From the human T2T-CHM13v2.0 reference genome, Homo sapiens: a stretch of 64,000 nt of DNA. Both the position numbers and the translations under genes were made by a program. The notes beneath the pieces were generated by a model, which worked only from the letters and a program-made list of their open reading frames with translations, ran no database searches and was not told the DNA's origin. Below, one piece after another: positions 60,601 to 64,000 of this stretch (positions are counted from its first letter, which is position 1; each line of letters starts with the position of its first letter). Where the stretch lies: the NCBI RefSeq assembly GCF_009914755.1, contig NC_060927.1. One strand, given 5' to 3'.

Positions 60601-63119
60601 ATCATTCTATGAAGCCAGTATCACCCTAATACCAAAACCAGGAAAGGACACAACAAAAAAGAAAACTACAGACCAATATTCCTGATGACTATAGGTGCAA
60701 AAATACTCAAAAAATACTAGCTAACTAAATCCAACAGCATATCAAAAAGAAAATCCACCATGATCAAGCAGGTTTTATACCAGGAATGCAGGGATGGTTT
60801 AACATACGCAAGTCAATAAATGTGATACATCACATAAACAGAATTAAAAACAAAAATCATATGATCATCTCAACAGACACAGAAAAAGCATTTGACAAAA
60901 TTCAGCATCTCTTTATGATAAAACCCTCAGCAAAACTGGCATAGAAGGAACATAGCACAAGGTAGTAAAAGCCATTTATGACAAACCCACAGCCAACATC
61001 ATACTGAACAGGTAATGGTTGAAAGCATTCCCTATGACAACTGGGACAAGATAAGGATGCCCACTTTCACCACTTCTATTCAACATAGCACTCAGAAGTC
61101 CTAGCCAGAGCAATCAGATAAGAGAAAGAAATAAAGAGTATTCAAATTGGAAAAGAGGAAGTCAAACTATTGCTATTTGCCAAGGCTATGACTGTATACT
61201 TAGAAAACCCTAAAGACTCATCCAAAAAGCTCCTAGATCTGATAAATAAATTCAGTAAAGTTTCAGGATACAAAATCAATGTACATAAAACAGTAGCACT
61301 GCTATACACCAACAACAACCAAGCTGAGAAACAAATCAAGAATTCAATTTATTTTACAACAGCTGCAGAAAAAAATAAAATACTTAGAAATATACCCAAC
61401 CAAGGAGATGAAAGATCTCTACAGGGAAAACTACAAAACACTGCTGAAAAAAATCATTAATGACACAAACAAATGGATACACATCCCCTGCTCATGGATA
61501 GGTAGAATTAACATTGTGAAAATGACCATACTGTCAAAAGCAATCTACAGACTCAGTGCAATTCCCAACAAAATACCACCGTCATCCTTCACAGGACTAG
61601 AAAAAAAAATCTTAAAATTCATATGGAACCAAAAAAGAGCCTGCATAGCCAAAGCAAGACTAAGCAAAAAGAACAAATTTGGAGGCATCACATTACCTGA
61701 CTTTAAACTATACTACAAGGCCATAGTTACTGAAACAGCATGGTACTGGTATAAAAACAGGCATGTAGACCAATGGAACAGAATAGAGAACCCCCCAAAA
61801 AAGCCAAATAGTTACAGCCAATTGATCTTTGGCAAAGCAAACAAACATAAACTGGGGAAAGGACACCCTATCCCACAAATTGTGTTGGGATAATTGGCAA
61901 TTTGCATGTAGAAGAATGAAGCCAGATCCTCATCTCTCACCTGGTACAAAAATCAACTCAAGATGGATCAGACTTAACTCTAAGACCTGAAACCATACAA
62001 ATTATAGAATATAACATCAAGAAAACTCTTCCAGATATTGGCTTAGGCAAAGAATTCATGACCAAGAACCCAAATGCAAATGCAACAAAAACAAAAATAA
62101 ATAAATGAGACCTAATTAAACTAAAAATCTTCTGCACGGCAAAATAAATAATCAGCAGAGTAAAGAGACAACTCACCAGGTGGGAGAAAATATTCACAAA
62201 CTATGCATCTGACAAAAGACTAATTTTCAGGATCTACAAGGAACTCAAACAAATCATCAAGACAAAAACAATTCTATCCAAAAGTAGGCAAAAGACATAA
62301 TCAGACAATTCTCAAAAGAAGATTTACAAATGGCCAAGAAACATAGAAAAAAAATGCTCAACATCACTAATTATCAGGGAAATACAAATTAAAACCACAA
62401 TGGGATGCCACCTTACTCCTGCAAGAATTATCATAATTTAAAAATCAAAAAAATAATAGATGTTGGCATGGATGTGGTGAAAAGGGAACACTTTTACACT
62501 GTTGGTGGGAATATAAACTAGTATAACCATTATGAAAACCAGTATGGAAATTCCTTAAAGATCCAAAAGTAGAACTACTATTGGATTCAGCAATCTCACT
62601 ACTAGGTACCTACCCAAAGGAAAAGAAATTACTATATGAAAAAGACACTTACACATACCACATGTTTGTAGCAGCACAATTCGCAACGGCAAAAATGTGA
62701 AACCAACCTAAATGCCTGCCAACCAAAGAACAGATAAAGAAAATGTGGTATATCTACACCATGGAATACTAGTCAGCCATAAAAAGGAATGAAATAATGG
62801 CCTTTGCAGCAACCTGGATGGAGTTGGAGACCATTATTCTAAGTGAAGTAACTCAGGAATGGAAAATCAAGTATTGTATGTTCTCACTTATAAGTAGGAC
62901 CTAAGCTGTGAGGACATAAAGGCATAAGAATGATATAATGGACTTCAGGGAATCAAGGAGATGGGTGGGAAGAGGGTGAGGAATACAAGACTACACACTG
63001 GGTACAGTGTACACTGCTTGGGTGACAGGTGCACCAAACTCTCAGAAATCACCACTAAAGAACTTACACATGGAACCAAAAACCACCTGTTCCCCAAAAA
63101 CTACTGAAATAAAATAAAA
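54667..63119 (+). mobile_element. Full-length decayed L1PB-family LINE-1, antisense to SCN11A (long 5' UTR, broken ORF1/ORF2, 3' UTR, A-tail)
   Basis: ORF2p fragments ([21 protein letters not shown]; [14 protein letters not shown]; endonuclease remnants); L1PB-type 3' end; probable TSD TAAACT(CA/GG)TCAAAATT at 54651-54666 and 63120-63135. Confidence 0.92.
59836..60561 (+). mobile_element. Solo LTR8-family ERV1 LTR inserted in L1 ORF2
   Basis: TG...CA termini; start TGGAACCGCATTTGCAAAATTATAACTGAGG resembles the recalled LTR8 consensus; internal AATAAA about 60447; 4-bp TSD CTTA/CTAA; L1 sequence resumes on the far side. Confidence 0.85.
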
Positions 63120-63397
63120 TAAACTGGTCAAAATTAAGTTCAAACAAACCACTAAGTTCACATGGTCGCAATAAGTATTTACTTAAGCACATATTGCCTG
63201 GCTCACTCAAAAATAAATTTAAGTTGTTGTCCAGGCTCTTACTTTTGAGTTTGAGTATCTAATTTTCCTAAGTGTTTGAATATGTCTTGACTTCTGTTGA
63301 GTCCTTAATGTCTGCAAATTTTAAGAATAAAGAAGGATGGCATTACGGAAATTTGAGTTCCTCACAGTAACTCAACTGTTCTACATATTTACAGTCA

Positions 63398-63541
<144 letters not shown>

Positions 63542-64000
63542 TTACCTTTAACAGTTTTTTTTTTAATCTAGTTCTGAATTTTTTGACACAATTTTAAAGT
63601 TACATTACATTTCTATTAACAATTCTTAAAATTTCAATGGTAAGCTTAAGAGACTGGACCATAGCGAAATGCTGTAAAGAAACAAGATTTAAGTTAAGGT
63701 ATACAGGAGAAATAAAGTTACCTTTATCAGTTATTTTTCACTTTTTAGAACAGAAAGGTTACAAATCTTCGCAAATATACACAGAATCTTTACAAAAATT
63801 TGATATATTTCAGCTTGCATAAATCAAACCATGATGCAACAAAAATAGAAATTAGTACAAAAATTTAGACAAACATCTCATAAAGGGCAATTGAATTTCT
63901 CTTAAATAATGAATACACATAACACTACTAACAAAGCTGCATAAAATCTGTTCAGAGCCACTCTCAGGGAAAAAAAAAAGTTCTAACTATTTTCACTACT

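Overview
Primate (almost certainly human, chr3p22) genomic DNA from the voltage-gated sodium channel cluster. The right part holds the last three coding exons and 3' UTR of SCN11A (Nav1.9) on the minus strand: 63517-63413 (DIII-DIV linker with the IFM motif, missed by the ORF track), 50969-50699 and 47959-46911. They splice into one open frame of 474 aa ending [10 protein letters not shown]. About 29.5 kb of repeat-rich intergenic DNA follows. From recalled gene order and spacing plus a matching donor site, the non-coding first exon/promoter of SCN10A (Nav1.8) lies at about 16.25-16.45 kb, which makes 1-16250 SCN10A intron 1. The rest is interspersed repeats: a full-length L1PB carrying a solo LTR8, two truncated L1PA4/5 copies, seven Alus, MaLR LTRs, hAT MITEs, MIR and L2. 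I cannot show a wholly new biological system. The best leads are: two atypical SCN11A splice acceptors (AC and GAG) and a possible SCN11A-SCN10A read-through route; a CRE/RFX motif cluster upstream of SCN10A; uORFs in the SCN10A leader; a nest of mutually exclusive hairpins in the last SCN11A intron; and a 77-bp templated local duplication. Repeat subfamily names come from recalled consensus sequences, not from a search.
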